64,000 bases of DNA from Phaeosaccion multiseriatum (Eukaryota; Protista; Ochrophyta, other classes): assembly GCA_965112735.1 (NCBI GenBank), contig OZ218957.1, positions 1,302,001 through 1,366,000 of the forward strand, in the 5' to 3' direction. Made by a program: the position numbers and the translations under genes. Shown piece after piece: positions 1-13,106 of this stretch. Position 1 is the first letter of the stretch; every line of letters begins with the position of its first letter. The notes beneath the pieces were generated by a model. That model was given only the letters and a program-made list of their open reading frames with translations. It was not told the origin of the DNA and did not search any database.

Positions 1-730
1 CGGCCTGCGTTCGTACAAGGATCATAGATGGGACCTGCAGAGCGAGGGGGGGGGCATTGGGGCGTTGGGGAGTCGTGGTGTGCGTCTGCTCGTCTGCTCG
101 TGGTGTACGTCCATCCCACACCACGGGCCTCTCGTCCCTCTTGCACATCCCATCTACTCACCCACCCAGCCACCCACCTACCTGGTTCCTCGCCAACACG
201 AAGCTCATGGCCAGGCCGAAGTTGCCGCCCCCCAAAATAGCCACACGCACGGGGTAGGGCAGAGAGCCCCCTACACCCCACTGCTGCGTGGTTCTCGCTG
301 CCGAGAGGCGCAGCCCGTCTCGCGTAGCTCGCGCAGGTCTGTGCTGAGCAGAGCTTCTCAGCAGTGGATTCTCTCCCCACGTCGCATTGGTACCACCATC
401 CTCCCTGGAAGTTGCGTCCTCTCCACTGCAGCCTTTCAACTTGCTTCTGCTACCCCCTCTCCTGCCCCTTCTTCTCCTACTTGTCCAAGCACCATCCCCA
501 GCGTCTAAACTTCGCGCATTCTGACAATGCCTAGTGGAGCTGCACTTTGCACAGAATCCCTGTGCTGGTGTTCTAGTACTTTTCTTTTTTTCGTTCCTTG
601 CACCCCCCTCCTTGCTGCTGCTGTACAAGGAGGACGATGATGCAAAAGGCTGCTGCAGGTGGAATGCCGCAACAACATATGTATGAATCAATAGAACGAG
701 CGCTACGCCTGCTGGGAGCAGCCTCCACAT
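1..730 (-). CDS. NAD(P)H-dependent glycerol-3-phosphate dehydrogenase, probably plastid-targeted (5' part; runs off the window start)
   Basis: ATG at 730. Signal peptide ending VVAAF (ASAFAP-like) and a Ser/basic transit region, then Rossmann motif VRVAILGGGNFGLAMSFVLARN. GT-AG intron ~181..35, next exon VPSMILVR. Confidence 0.75.
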
Positions 731-1024
731 CACCTTTCATTCATATAGTAAGGTTGAGGGTGTACGACCCTGTGATATCGCGGCTCACCAACACGCGTAC
801 CTGCTGACGCACGGTCAAATTCGATCCAAATTCTGAAACCCTCTTTCACGTGATTACGGTCCCGCCAATATGTGTGCTGAGGCAAACGAGAGCAGCAAGC
901 ACAATCACTTGTTACTTTACCTAGAGATAAATCGTTAGGAGACAGCCTTAAGGCTAATATAGAGACATCCCCACCCCACCCCACCAACCCCCCAAACACT
1001 CCTCTCCACCCTCCAACAATACAC

Positions 1025-1326
1025 ATGACCACTTGCGTTGAACGCCTCCGCGGCGAGCGCAACGAGCTCATAGAGCGCGTTCAGCGCATGGCTGGAACGG
1101 GAGGAAACTGAAGCTCGCGAGCGTTCAGCGGCCCAGGACGGACAGATCGAAGCACTGACGGAAACAGTGCGGCAGCTTACTATGCCTCGTCCCCTCGACC
1201 ACAAGAACAAGAAGCGGGGACGATGCGAGCCGGACGCCGACGCCGGGAAGTCTGGCGAAGGAGACGCCTCTCCGTCAAAGGGGGGGGCGGGGAGGGACAA
1301 GAAGCAGACGACGACCAACAACTAGT
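1025..1326 (+). pseudogene. Short coiled-coil/basic protein interrupted by a one-base frameshift (pseudogene or sequencing error)
   Basis: MTTCVERLRGERNELIERVQRM ends at a TGA ~1110. Removing one base near 1090 continues as LEREETEARERSAAQDGQIEALTETVRQL...KKQTTTNN*. Fits the alternating-strand gene pattern. Confidence 0.3.
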
Positions 1327-1700
1327 AGAGGTTCAAGATGAGCGATGATGCCTTGCCTTAGAGCTCCGGCCGGGGCGGGCTTGATTCTATTCTTTTTTAT
1401 ATACATGGCCTTGGGTTGGCTGGACATGTTTTCTCTCTCCCGGGTATTGAGCCGAGCCTTTGACTGGTCGGGGGCGGGTGACAGACAGGTAGCCCGTCGA
1501 CTGACGCCGGCGGTAGCAGGTCGCACGCCGGCTGACTCCGGTCGGTAGCAGGTAGGACGTCAGGGGTCGACTCGGTAAGGCACAGCCAGGAAAAAAAAGA
1601 TGGGAAGAAATAAACTTACTATCGTATGTACTCGTGTGAACCAGAATGAGGTGATGTACGTGGATGAAGTGATATCCTTGATGTGATGTACTCACAACTC

Positions 1701-4700
1701 CTACACCGTGGCGGGCAGCTCGTGCGCCTGAGAGACCCTTAGCAACTCCTTGAAGTTCTTGTACACGACATTGACCAAGAAGTTGTGCAACCTGCGGTCC
1801 CTGGGGCTCAGCCCGTCCACGGTGAGCGCGTCGCCGATGTGAAAGAGCGCTCTTCTGAAGGCGTCAAAGTCCAGCCCTTGCTCGGCATGGTCCGGCAGCA
1901 GCCCAGTGCGACTGGTGCTCGCCCAGAGGATGCTGCAGGCGTCGTAAAGGCCAAAGTTGCTCTGTCCTGGACGATCACCACCACTGCCGCCTCTGCTGTT
2001 GGGGCTGTTGGGGGAGGCAGAGGGGGGGAAGTCTCTCTCTACGACGCGCAGCACAAGCAGCATAACGATGAACTGACGCGCACACATGGTCTTGTCTCCA
2101 CTTGCGTTCCGAGCGATGGAGAGCGGGAGAGGGGAGGAGCCCTTCTCCTCTCGCTTTCCCTCCTGCTCCTCCTCCTCCTTCTCCTCTTTCTTCTTCCCTC
2201 TCTTGGCGTGTTGGTCGTTTTTGTCGTCGTCGTCCATGAGCTTCCACCACTCGTGTCGCGCAAAGTACTCAAACACGCGGTAGAGCGGGGTCCGGTGGGG
2301 CCGCAAGGTTTCCAAAATGGCCCTGTTCTCTCTCTCGCGTAACTCCATGCCTTGTCGGCCTTGCTCAGGCACTTCGAGAGCCAGCTTGAGCAAGTGCCTT
2401 TCGAAGGCATGGCGAAGGCGGTCGGCGATGCTTGCCACCTTGATCTGCTTCGGGGCTGCGCCACACAAGACAACATGACAGTAATACAAGCGTAACTCAA
2501 ACATACGCAAGACACGACTTGCTGTGCTGTCCTGTAGAAAGCGAGGACTAGTGACCATGACACCCGCCCACCTGCAACGGCCTTGCTCGCGGACTCGATG
2601 AGTGCGAAGCGGGCGGCGAGGTCGGCTGTCCCGGACCCATCTCGTGCGCCCTCCTCCCCGCCTTCTCTTAGCCTGCCCTCGCGCAGCTGTGGGGTGAGAG
2701 AAGGCGCGGGATGGTCGTGAGACATACACAGCTCTGCTCTTTCGACTTCCCGGCACAGTGAAGAGCCGTTCCCCTGACGCACCTGGTGCTGCTTCCTCTT
2801 GTGAGGAGTGGAGTTGGGCCGGATAGCTTTGCTCAGCCGTGCGGGCGTGGACGGGGTTGCTTGTGGGGAGGTGTCGCCCGCGTCGCCGCCGGACGTCGCT
2901 TGCTTCTAGTGCACAGACAAGAGGGGGCGGTAGGGAGAGACTGCTTTGAGCTTTGCAACGGAACCCTTGTTTGGTAGAGAGATGACCTGCCTCCTCACTC
3001 ACTGACTGACTGACTGACTGACTGACTGACTGACTGACTGACTCACTCGCTCATTCACTCCCTCACTCACTCACTCACTCACTCACTCACTCACTCACTC
3101 ACTCACTCACTCACTCACTCACTCACTCACTCATCACTCACTCACTCACTCACTCACTCACTCACTCACTCACTCACTCACTCACTCACTCACTCACCCT
3201 CTCACGCAACCCACCCACCCACCCACTCACCTGCCGCTCCGTATCCCAAAAGCCGATGAGCTCTCGAGGCACCTTAGGGTGGTACCTTGCCAAGCACAGC
3301 CGCAGGAGCAGCTCCACGAACTCTGAAAACGCCAAGGCTTTGCCTGCTCCTGCCATTTGTCCGGCCTCGAGGTCTGCAGCGCCGCGACTCACCATCATGT
3401 CCATGTCGCTCTCAGGCGCTTTGCCCTGGCCCTTGTTGGAGCGCTGCTGCTGGTGCTGCTGCTGCTGCTTGTGCTGCTGCTGCTGCTCCAATGTGTGCCG
3501 TAGAACCGCCGGCGTGACGACGGTCATCTTCTTACCCCACACACTACTCGCTTCTCCTGCCCCTCCCCCTGCCCCTGCAGTTGTTGCTGTTCCGAGGAAA
3601 ATATCGTGGAGCACTGACTGGCAGAAGGCGTGGTACTTGCTAGCCGAGGCATGCACATCATCCGATGACTCTCTGCCGCTCTCCTCTTCTGCGTGGCTGT
3701 TGCTGCCTTTGCCGCGGTTGCTGCAACGACTGCTACTGCTACTCGTCGTGCTGACGGAAAGGTCGTCCTCTTCGGCCTGTTGCCCGCCAGGCGGGGCGGG
3801 GCCGGCCTCTGAGGAAAAATTGAACCTTTTTCTCGAGCATCTACCCTCCAGCCCCAAGAGCACGTCTGTCCACTGGAAGGTACCGCTGACCAAGCCACAG
3901 TCCCACAGCAGCTGCAGGAGGCGCGGCCCTCGCATGGACAGCTGCTCACCTGCAAGAAGGACGAGAGAGCACCGCGTTACCTACTATCCTGCTTCTGCTT
4001 GTCCATCGCTCCCTCCTTTGGAATACCCCCCCCTCAACCTCTCTACCTACCTAGATGCTCGAAGCGGTAAGGGTGCCCTTGGGCGCTGACGATGGCGGGC
4101 TGCTGCCTCCGTCGCATCGTCCGCGCAGCCTTGTTCCTCTCCTGCCTTTCAAGCCTCTCCTTGAGCAGAGTGTCAAAGTCCAGCTTGGGTTTGCTGTCGT
4201 AGTTCTCAGCGCCTTCCCCTGCCGTTTTTCCATAGAGAGGGCCTTGCTGCTTCTGCTTCTGCTGGTGCTGGTGATGGTTCTGATACTGCTGCTGTTGGGG
4301 TGGTGCCTTGTCCCCTTCCTGGTCTTGCTCTTGCTCTTCCCCGCCCTCGCGCGCGCCTGTTTTCAGACGTAGCTCCTTCTCCCCCTCCTTCTCTTCCTCC
4401 ACTTCCTCCCCCTCTTCGTCCTTCTCCTCCTCTTCGTCCTCGTCCTCCTCGTCGTCGACCTTGTCGTCCTCCACTCCTTCATTCTCCTCTGCGTCCTCGT
4501 CGTCCTGCTTCTCCTCTTTGTCCTCCTCCTTCTGCCCGCCCCCCTCCTCCTCCCTTTCTTCCTCCTCCTCTTGCTCCTCCTCCTCTCCCCTCGGTGCTGC
4601 TCGCTGGCAATACATGACGAAAATCTGTACGAGAAGGTCCTTAAACTCAAGAATCAGATCCAGTACCTGGCCCTTGACGAGGGGCATGGAGGGGGGGCTG

Positions 4701-6177
4701 GGGTGGTGCCACGCTCTCCAGAACACGTCCTCCGCCTCGATAAGGCTGTCGAGGTCGACACTCGCCTCGTGCGCGCTGTCCATCGCTCGCTCCACCACCT
4801 CGTCCACTTCTGCCCAGGACGCAAAGAAGGGCTGCAGCGTAGAGAGAGGAGAGGGCCTCTCTCCCCTCAGCGCTGGGTTGGGCAAAGGTGCCTGAGCATC
4901 GTCTTTGGCAGCAGATGAAGGCGGCTGTCGCGCCGCAGCCGTCTTGCCCCCTCCTGTAGCGCCAGGCACTGTGGGTTTGCCCCCCCGCTGCTGTCCCCCC
5001 CGCATCGACAGGACCGGTTTCTTAAGAGTAGTTTTGATGGCGTTTTTCGCAGGAGGTGGGCTTTGGGTTTTCACAGGAGGAGTGCACCCGTCCTGGCCCA
5101 CCCTCTCCTCCAGAGGAGCCCACCCGTCGTCCACCCGATGGGCGGCGCTGTTGCTCCCGATGCGGCCCCTCCACGAGGGCGCATACTGGCAACTCCAATT
5201 GACGCGCAGCCTGGCCAGGCAGGCATCGAAATGCTTTCGAATGTCTACGTCGCTCGGCGCAAGGCGCGTGGCGATCACGAGGGCCTGGGCGGAGAGAAGA
5301 GAAGAGAGAAGAGAAGAGGAAATGAACAGTCTCAGTCTCTCCCCTCTTGTACACCACCCACCCAGCCCCCCCCCCTACCTCGCTCGCCTTGGCGTCTTGG
5401 CCAAGCCGCTCGAGGGCAATGCCCTTGAGAAAGAAGTAGCGCGAGTGAGAGGGCCCGAGAGCAATGACATCATCGATGTCCTGTACGAAGGGGTAAAGAC
5501 GGAGCATAAGACGCCACGCCCTGAATGGGCAAGGGAGTGCCAGGCCAGCCAAGGGGCGAACCCGCTTTTCACAGAGCTCACCTGAAGCGCAACGTGCAAG
5601 TCGTGGTACCCCCCCTTCTGAACATGCACAGCAGCTCTCCGAAAGAGCAAGGTAGCAAGCTGGGAGAAAATCTGATGAGAGTGTAAGAGTTTGAAACCGA
5701 GTGAGAGGGCAACACAGAGAGAACAGGTCAAGGCTTCCGCAATGACGCTCGCACCTCATCAATTTCCAAAGCTCCCTGGCGGAGATGCTCCACAGCCACC
5801 TTGTGCCGCTGAATCGCCACCGACGTCATCACTGCTTTCTCCGCAATATCCACCTGCACCTGCTTCTTCTCCTGCTCCTGCTCCAGGGTCACGGTCACCG
5901 CACGACCAAGGTCAATGGCCAGCGTGTAGTGCCTGACACTTTCGTCCCAGCGTTTTTGCGCAAAGGCCCTCGTCGCTCTCCGCGTAAAGCCCCTCATCTC
6001 CGCGCGTGACTTCTCCACAAACGAATCGACCACCCAGTCCCCAGGCATGTGCCCTGTATTCGGCGATACGACCGCGAGCGTGCCCAGGCTATCGCGCCCA
6101 CGCTTATACGATCGAACATTACGAGAGCCTTCCTGACTTACAGCCCCAGGCCGTTCAAGGGCGTCCATTTTGCTCAT
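1701..6177 (-). CDS. Large multi-exon TPR-containing protein with acidic low-complexity region and degenerate EF-hand-like C-terminal segments
   Basis: Spliced TPR-like helices FAQKRWDESVRHYTLAIDL, LLFRRAAVHVQKG, DIDDVIALGPSHSRYFFLKGIALERLG, ALVIATRLAPSD. Exons joined through GT-AG introns. C-terminal LAFSEFVELLLRL and LDFDAFRRALFHIG. Stop at 1701. Confidence 0.65.
2994..3197. repeat. Intronic (CACT)n/(ACTG)n microsatellite
   Basis: Tetranucleotide arrays reading (GAGT)n(CAGT)n on the sense (-) strand, near the donor at ~3230. Confidence 0.95.
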
Positions 6178-6284
6178 GCTGGGGTGCAGACTAACAACAC
6201 AGGTCTAAAAGTAAATTCTCCGACGGTGAAACGTTTTTTCGGCACATCCCTTCCGCTTTTCTTGTCGCTGTAAACTGAGTCACC

Positions 6285-7776
6285 ATGGGGGAAGAGCAGC
6301 CACAGCAGCGACGGCAGCAGCTGGAGGGAGGCTGTGCAGCGCTGCCTTCGTGGAGGCAGAATGGTGTGTCGTCGAAGAGGGCCACAACAGCACAAGGCCG
6401 CCTTTCAAGAGGGTATGGTGCGGGTCTTTCGGCGACCTTGCCGCAGGACCTCAGTAGGTATCTGGACTTCCAAGGGGCTGGGTTGGCAAGAACAGGGGCG
6501 GAGACGATGAGCTCTATTGCCTTGCGTCGCTCGAGTGGCGGCGGTGGTACATGTAACCCCTCGATATCGTGGGATGGGCTGGTGAGTGAATGAGTAGCTG
6601 GTCGGTCGTTCTGTGCATGGTGTTGGTGGGCAGACTTCGTAGGCCCCACCTCATCTCCTCCCTCGCTCTGTAACATCACTTTGTATTCTCATGTATGCTC
6701 CTTCATTTCGTGTGGCATAGTCGGTGGACCCCCGACCATTTGCGCGGTTCGATGAAAACCAGACCGTGACGACGGGAGCGAAGCCTGCAGGCTGTGGAGG
6801 CAAGCGCGTTGTACTATTAGAGGGGCATGCTACAGGGGGGATTTTTGGGCAGCCGGCGACAGAATCGGGGCAAATCCCTTTCACGATAGAGCAGGAGACG
6901 TCGGGGGCTTTGAGTCCCGCCACGGACCCTATGGAGGCCATTCAAGGCCAAGAGACGGGGATGATTGTGAACTACCCCTACTTCAACTCTTCAAAGGTGG
7001 TGGCGCCAAAAATTGTAACCATGCCTATCCCTGTCTGCTATAGGGAGGCTGGTCCTGACGCGGACGGATGCCTACTGCTGCCGAAGGAGAGGCGTGCGAT
7101 TAACGAGTACGATGCCAGGCAACAGCGCGCGCAAAGTCTGCACAGAAAAGCGCGCCAGCAGAAGATTCGTCTCCAGTACCTTGCAGCCAACCGCCACCGT
7201 GAGGGAATCACTGCAGTGGACTCGACCGAGAACCCAAACTCGGAGGTGTATGCGGAAAAGGGAGTGAGGGTGCGGCAGGGAGAGGCCCGGCAAAGGTACC
7301 TGCAAGACGAGCGGCGAAAGCGCCTGAATAGTTTGATCGGCAACGCCAAGGAGAGATTTGGTTTCGAGCCCCTCCACCACAACGAGGAGTGGCTTTCTCA
7401 GCAGCAGCTCAGCTCCAGCTCCACTGGGGTGCGGCCGTTCTTGCAGGGCAAAGGGCCCGGGGGACATATGAGCACTGCTGGCGCAGCACCAGGGCTACGA
7501 GGGAGGGCGGCAGAGGCGGCCACACATCACCGGCTCTTCCATAAAGACGAGGTGTCAGAAAAGCCGAAGCGCACTGCTCACCTGCGCTACCAGGACTGCG
7601 GCGGGAAGCGACACGACATCATTTCGGGGGTGCCTTTTGCACACAACGCAGAGTCTGCAGTGGCAGCGGCGAGGTATGGGTGGGAGGAGAGGGTCAACAA
7701 GAGGCTCGCACATCCCTCGCAAAGCAGCCTGGAGAGAGGAAGGAACACGCAAGGAGCACCCGTACATTTCAAATAG
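6285..7776 (+). CDS. Hypothetical protein (2 exons)
   Basis: Exon 6285..6581 (donor GTGAGT) joins in frame through TAG at 6720 to the 350-aa ORF ending 7776. No recognisable domain. Confidence 0.6.
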
Positions 7777-8096
7777 ACCAAAAAACAAAAACTACATTCT
7801 ACACGTTTTCTTAGAACTAAAACTCTAATGGGGGCTGGTGGTCTCCCCGTTCCTTGCGTTCGTCACGCTCCCGCGCCTTGCGCTACACCCCTCCACGGAG
7901 GGTAGGCAGGACAGGTTTGCGAGCTTCGCTCCTCTGCTCAGTGCTTTATGTACAAAACACACATGTGCTGGCGGGTAGGTGGCAGGCTCTCCATCCCCCC
8001 TTTCCCAGCACAAGAATCCACTGATCCACTGAACCTCTTTTTTTCTCTCTCTCTCTCTATCTCTCTCTCTCTATCTCTCTCTCTCTCTCTCTCTCA

Positions 8097-9845
8097 CTAC
8101 GACGAAGCCGTAAAGTTCCCAAAGTCCATCACCCCCCTGACTCGAAACTGCTCCCCACCCCCTTCCGGGTCACCGAAGCCTGCTGGCAGCCCGTCCGCCG
8201 AAACGCGCAACACCTCCGCCCACTCAGGCGAGTTCCGAAAGCCGTGCCAAATGTCATGCTTCATGATCTTCTGCACCTCCACGTACGCCTCGTCAAAGGC
8301 CCACACGTCGTCGCGCTGCGCTTCAATGCTGTCGATGAGAGTTTTACGCATCAAATACTCAATGTTGATTTCGTTGGGAGACCCAACTAAAACAAAGTCA
8401 TTAAGGACCTGGTTGTTACGTAGTGAGAAAGAAGGAACGGCAAAGGGAGAGGGGCGTCAGATCTCAGAGTTGTTTACCTGCGCGTAAGGGTAGGCACTAC
8501 AATTCCTGTGACTTTGGGAGACCAAGCAGCCCATACGTATTCGTACGCTTCACACCCGCATCATACGCTCCCCCCCTTCCACCCGATCACGTACATGGCC
8601 AATGGCCTCCTCGAGCGAGGACCTGGAACCCCTCCATGAGCGAAGGGTGTCCACTCTCAAGACGAAATATATGTTCTCCGTCTTGAAGAGCCGATCACAG
8701 TAGCGAAGCAGCGGCTGCCGCATGAGGGGGTACCTTATGACGTCAGTGAGCAGCGGTGCAACGCGATTGCCTTCGTCCTTGATCTCTGTGTCCCCTAGTC
8801 GCTCTCCTCGCTCTTCTCGCTCTTCCTCTTCATCTTCTTCTTCCTGTTGTTGCTCTTGTTCTTGTTGAAGCACCGGCTGCCGCATGTACCTAATGACGTC
8901 CGTGAGCTCAGGCTGGGCATGGCTGCTCACACTGCTGCTCGCGTTGCTGCTCTCGTCCGTGCTCTCCAAGTCCACAAGTCGGTCGTGCCGCTCTTCTTCC
9001 TCTTCATCATCATCATCTTCTTCCTCTCCTCCTCCTCCTCCTCCTCCTTGTTGCTGGAAAGACGCCTGGCGGGACCCACCATACATGGGTATAGCGGTCC
9101 CAGCAGTCAAGGAACCACCAGCGGACGGCTTGCCTTGCTCCCACTCTCCCGTAAACGTCGCGCCGTAGGGATCGTGCAAGACCCCAAAACCCTGAACACA
9201 AACACAAACATAAGAACGAAGTTGGAACGGACACCCAACCCAAGTTGCATTAGGCTACCCAAACCAACTTACATGCGGGACGCCGTGGCTCCACTGGCCA
9301 TCGTAGCGCCTACCGTCGGGGAGAGACATAGTGCCTTCCCCCTGCGGAAAGCCCTTGCTCAAGAACCCCGCGTATCTGGCTCCGTCTTGCGTCCTGAACT
9401 GCCCCTTCCCATGAGGCCTGTCCGCTACCCAGCCTCCTTCGTAGGTCAAGCCCCGACCGTTACAGAAAACACCCCGCCCGTGCCGTCGATTGGCCTTCCA
9501 CGCGCCCTCGTACCTCGAGCCGTCTGCCATTTCTTGGGCACCTGCAGTTGGTGTTATAGTTGAGTCATGTGTGATGCGCGGCGATGGAGGGAGGGAGGGA
9601 TAGGACGGGACGGGAAACAAAGTGTCCCCACCTACCTCGGCCGTGCTTCTGCCCCGCCTTCCAGCTCCCAGTGAACTTTGCGCCGTCTGCAAACACCATA
9701 TGCCCCTCCCCTTCTTGCTCGTAGTCCAACACCTGCCCCTTATAGAGTCGCCCATCACTGTACGCCAGCGTACACTGGCCACAAGCTTTGCCTGTTCGTC
9801 GTCCACGCCAGCGAGGTCAAGACAAGGAAACGCTTCGCTGAGCAC

Positions 9846-9895
<50 letters not shown>

Positions 9896-10748
9896 GGTCC
9901 GGTCCCACAAACCTGGAGAGCTACTTACCATCCACCCAATCTCCCTTGTAGCGGTCTCCGTTGGCATGCACGTACTCTCCGAAGCCATGCTGCAGGCCGT
10001 TCATGGTGCAACCACCACTGTACACGTCTCCATTGCGGTAGTGCACGCCCTTCACCTCAATGGTCGTCACAGTATCAGTCGCAGCATCACTCGGCCGGCT
10101 CTGCTCTTTCTGGACGTACTGCTGAAGCTGCTGCTGCTGCTGCAGCAGCAGCTCCTTCCGCTGCTGCTGCCGCTTCTGCTGCTTCGCTTTGAAAAGATCA
10201 TCCTCCTGCTGCAGGCTCTCCAAATACTCTCCCATCGAGAATTTCTCCCCTCCATCCACGGATGTAGCGACGCGTTCACGAATTAGATCATCCCCCTCTT
10301 CGGCCGGATGCCGGCGCCGTCTGCGAATCGGAGGGTGATTCGGTGGCGGGTCGTTGTCGTTGTCTTGTTCGTCGCATGGCGTGGCGCGGACAGGAGGGGG
10401 CAGGGGCAGTATCCCTTCGGAGGCTGGCAGGGGCTGCGCCACTGCGGATGGCAAGTCAGCATGAGTCCTCCACTCGTCTGGCAACCCAACGCTGGGCCTT
10501 CTGAGGGCCGAATTCTCCTCCATGAAGTCCACGCTACAAGCCTCCCCATCAATGGACGACGTGAAAGACACCCCTCGGTTGCGGGGGCTGGTGGTGTTGC
10601 TCGCCACCGAGCCAAAGCTACTGAGTCTTCTTCGCCAAGTCCCTCCTTTCTTTTTTTTTAGCTTGAAGAATCTCCCCATGGGCTTCGCTTTCCCAAGCGC
10701 TTGGCTTTCATTCTCAAACATCACATTCTCCTCCCCCCAAAACGACAT
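8097..10748 (-). CDS. MORN-repeat protein with C-terminal RGS (regulator of G-protein signalling) domain
   Basis: MORN repeats (GDRYKGDWVDGK, GSRYEGAWKANRRHGRG, GLTYEGGWVADRPHGKG, GRRYDGQWSHGVPH). RGS hallmarks ENIYF, DFVLVGSPNEINI, AFDEAYVEVQKIMKHDIWHGFRNS. Start codon uncertain. Confidence 0.75.
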
Positions 10749-10923
10749 CTCTCCTTGGGCTCAGCTCTCCTTGCCTTTGCCTTATACGTCCGTCTCTCTT
10801 TTCCGAATTTTAATCGAATTTTTTTGAGGGATTTTGGTTTTACGCGAGTTCGGGGTATGTCATTGATGTGCACCATCTGGTGCCATCTTCTCCTCTGCGC
10901 CATAACCGGACTCCAAATAAAAA

Positions 10924-13069
10924 ATGGCGTCCTATTTTGAGAAGAGGTCACAGTCTGGGGCGACGGCGACTCCCTCAACGATATCTTCCTCTGCAGGCAA
11001 GTCTATGTGAAGCAGCAGTTTCGAAAAGAGGTTTGGGAGGGAAGCATTCTCTACAGAATATCAGAATCTCCAATCCTCTTCCGCCTTCTTCCAGCTTCCT
11101 CCTCACAGAAAGGTATACTCATACCCCCCCCCCCCCCCCTCTCCGCGTGTTCTCTTGCCGACGCAGATGACGCAACATTAGAAACAGAAAGAAAGGTGAG
11201 AGGGAGGGTGCCGCGACGCAGTGTGTAGTTGACAGCGCCTCAGCCCCGTGCCCCGTCTCCCCCCCTCCCTCCCTCTGGCATATCCTGGACAGGCGCCATC
11301 GTCCTCCAAGCGGCGGTTTCGCTTGTGGGGCAGAAAGTCTGGGGCAGAGGAGGTGCCTGCGCCATCAGTCATTGGCGCCCCCTACAATGTGCAGCACGTC
11401 ACACATGTCAAGCCGGACGAGCGCAGCAGCACCGGTGAGGAGAAGTGCGGGTTCACTTTGGACCTTTGACGGTGAAGCAGGCTCCTTTTCATCCTCCACC
11501 AATGAACCCCACCCCCCTCGGCCCTCCTACCTCCCACCCCCAAGGCTTCGATGGCCTTCCCCCGGAGTGGCGTATGGTGCTCAAGGCGAGTGGCATCACT
11601 AAGGAGGAGGCGGTGGAGCATCCCCAGGCAGTGCTGGACGCGCTGGCTTTCCACATGGACGGACCTGCCAAAAAGCCGACCCGGCCACAAATGCCTACGA
11701 AAGACACTTTGCAGAAGAAACAGGCTGATGTGAGTATTCAGTCTACATCGGCGTGTGTTGTCGCGCTTCTCGTTGGCTTGACGCACCTCACCTCTTCGTT
11801 GATTGGTACATCTCTCTTGACCCGCAGGCGGTACGGATATGCAACGAAGATCCGACACAGTACTTTAGTGATATGCACAAGCTTGGGCAGGTGAGTGAGA
11901 AGGGAGTGCGTGCTGGGAAGTGGGAGCGCCATCATTCCGTTCCGTTCGCTCAAATAAAGCCCTATGCCCTGTTCGTACAAACGCAGGGAGCGAGTGGGAC
12001 AGTGTTTTCTGCCGTAGACAATCGCACAGGAGAGACGTGCGCTCTAAAGTTCTGCCCCATCGCCGAGCTTGCAGACCTCAAGAACGAGATCGGCATGCAG
12101 GGGCTGAGCCGCCACCCCAACATTGTCAACCTCCGGGAGGCCTTCATCACGCGGACAGAGGTACGCAGCACAGTGTCTGAGCACACGACGCTTCCCCTGT
12201 TTCCCTCGACGAGGACACGCTGATATCCGCTCTCCCCCCCTCTCTCCTTCCTACCTCGCCCTCCCCTCCCCTCCCCACGACTCCCTCTCCCGGCCTCTCC
12301 CTCCCCAAGGCCCCGCTGACCTCCACTCTCACTGCCTGTCCCTCCTGCCTCTGGCTGCCCCCCCCCCTCTTCTTCCTGCCTCTCCCTGCCGTCCCCACTT
12401 CCTCCTGCCTCTCCTCCCCCCCCCCCCCCTCTCCTTCCTGCCTCTCCCTGCCTCTCCCTGCCTCTCCCTCCCTCTCCCTCTCTCCATCATGTTGCCTACT
12501 GCCTGCTGCAGGTGGTCATTGCGATGGACTGCATGCAGGGCGGGTCCTTGACAGACATCTTGGGCCCCGGGGTGGACTTTAAGGAGGCACATATAGCCTT
12601 CGTGTGCAAGCAAATGCTCATGGCACTCGCTTTCATGCACAGTCAGTACAGACTTCACAGGTAAGGAGCAGCAAAGGGAGGAGGTGGGATGAGAAGAGAG
12701 AGGAGAGTGTACATACCGGGTAGGTGGGATGAGAGTACCGGAGAAGCGGGAGCAGCGGCGGGAGTTGGATGAGCAAGAGAGAGAAGAGTAGAGGAGAGTC
12801 CACCCCACCACTCCCTCACCTGTACACGCGTACACCGACCGTTGCTTGCCCTCCCTGCCCTCCTTTTGTGTGTGTGTGTGCGTGCTACAGAGACATTAAG
12901 AGCGACAACGTGTTGGTTGACTTGGACGGGCAGGTGAAGCTGGCGGACTTTGGTTTCGCAGCCAACCTCACCGCAGACCAGGATAAGAGAGCGAGCGTTG
13001 TGGGCACTCCCTATTGGATGGCGCCGGAGATCATTAAGGGGCTGGAGTATGACGGCAAGGTACGTCAGC

Positions 13070-13106
<37 letters not shown>

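Noticed and set aside
1475-1570. SRP RNA helix 8 (CAGG...AGCAG)
   Set aside because: Spacing is wrong, and there is no GNRA tetraloop or Alu domain.
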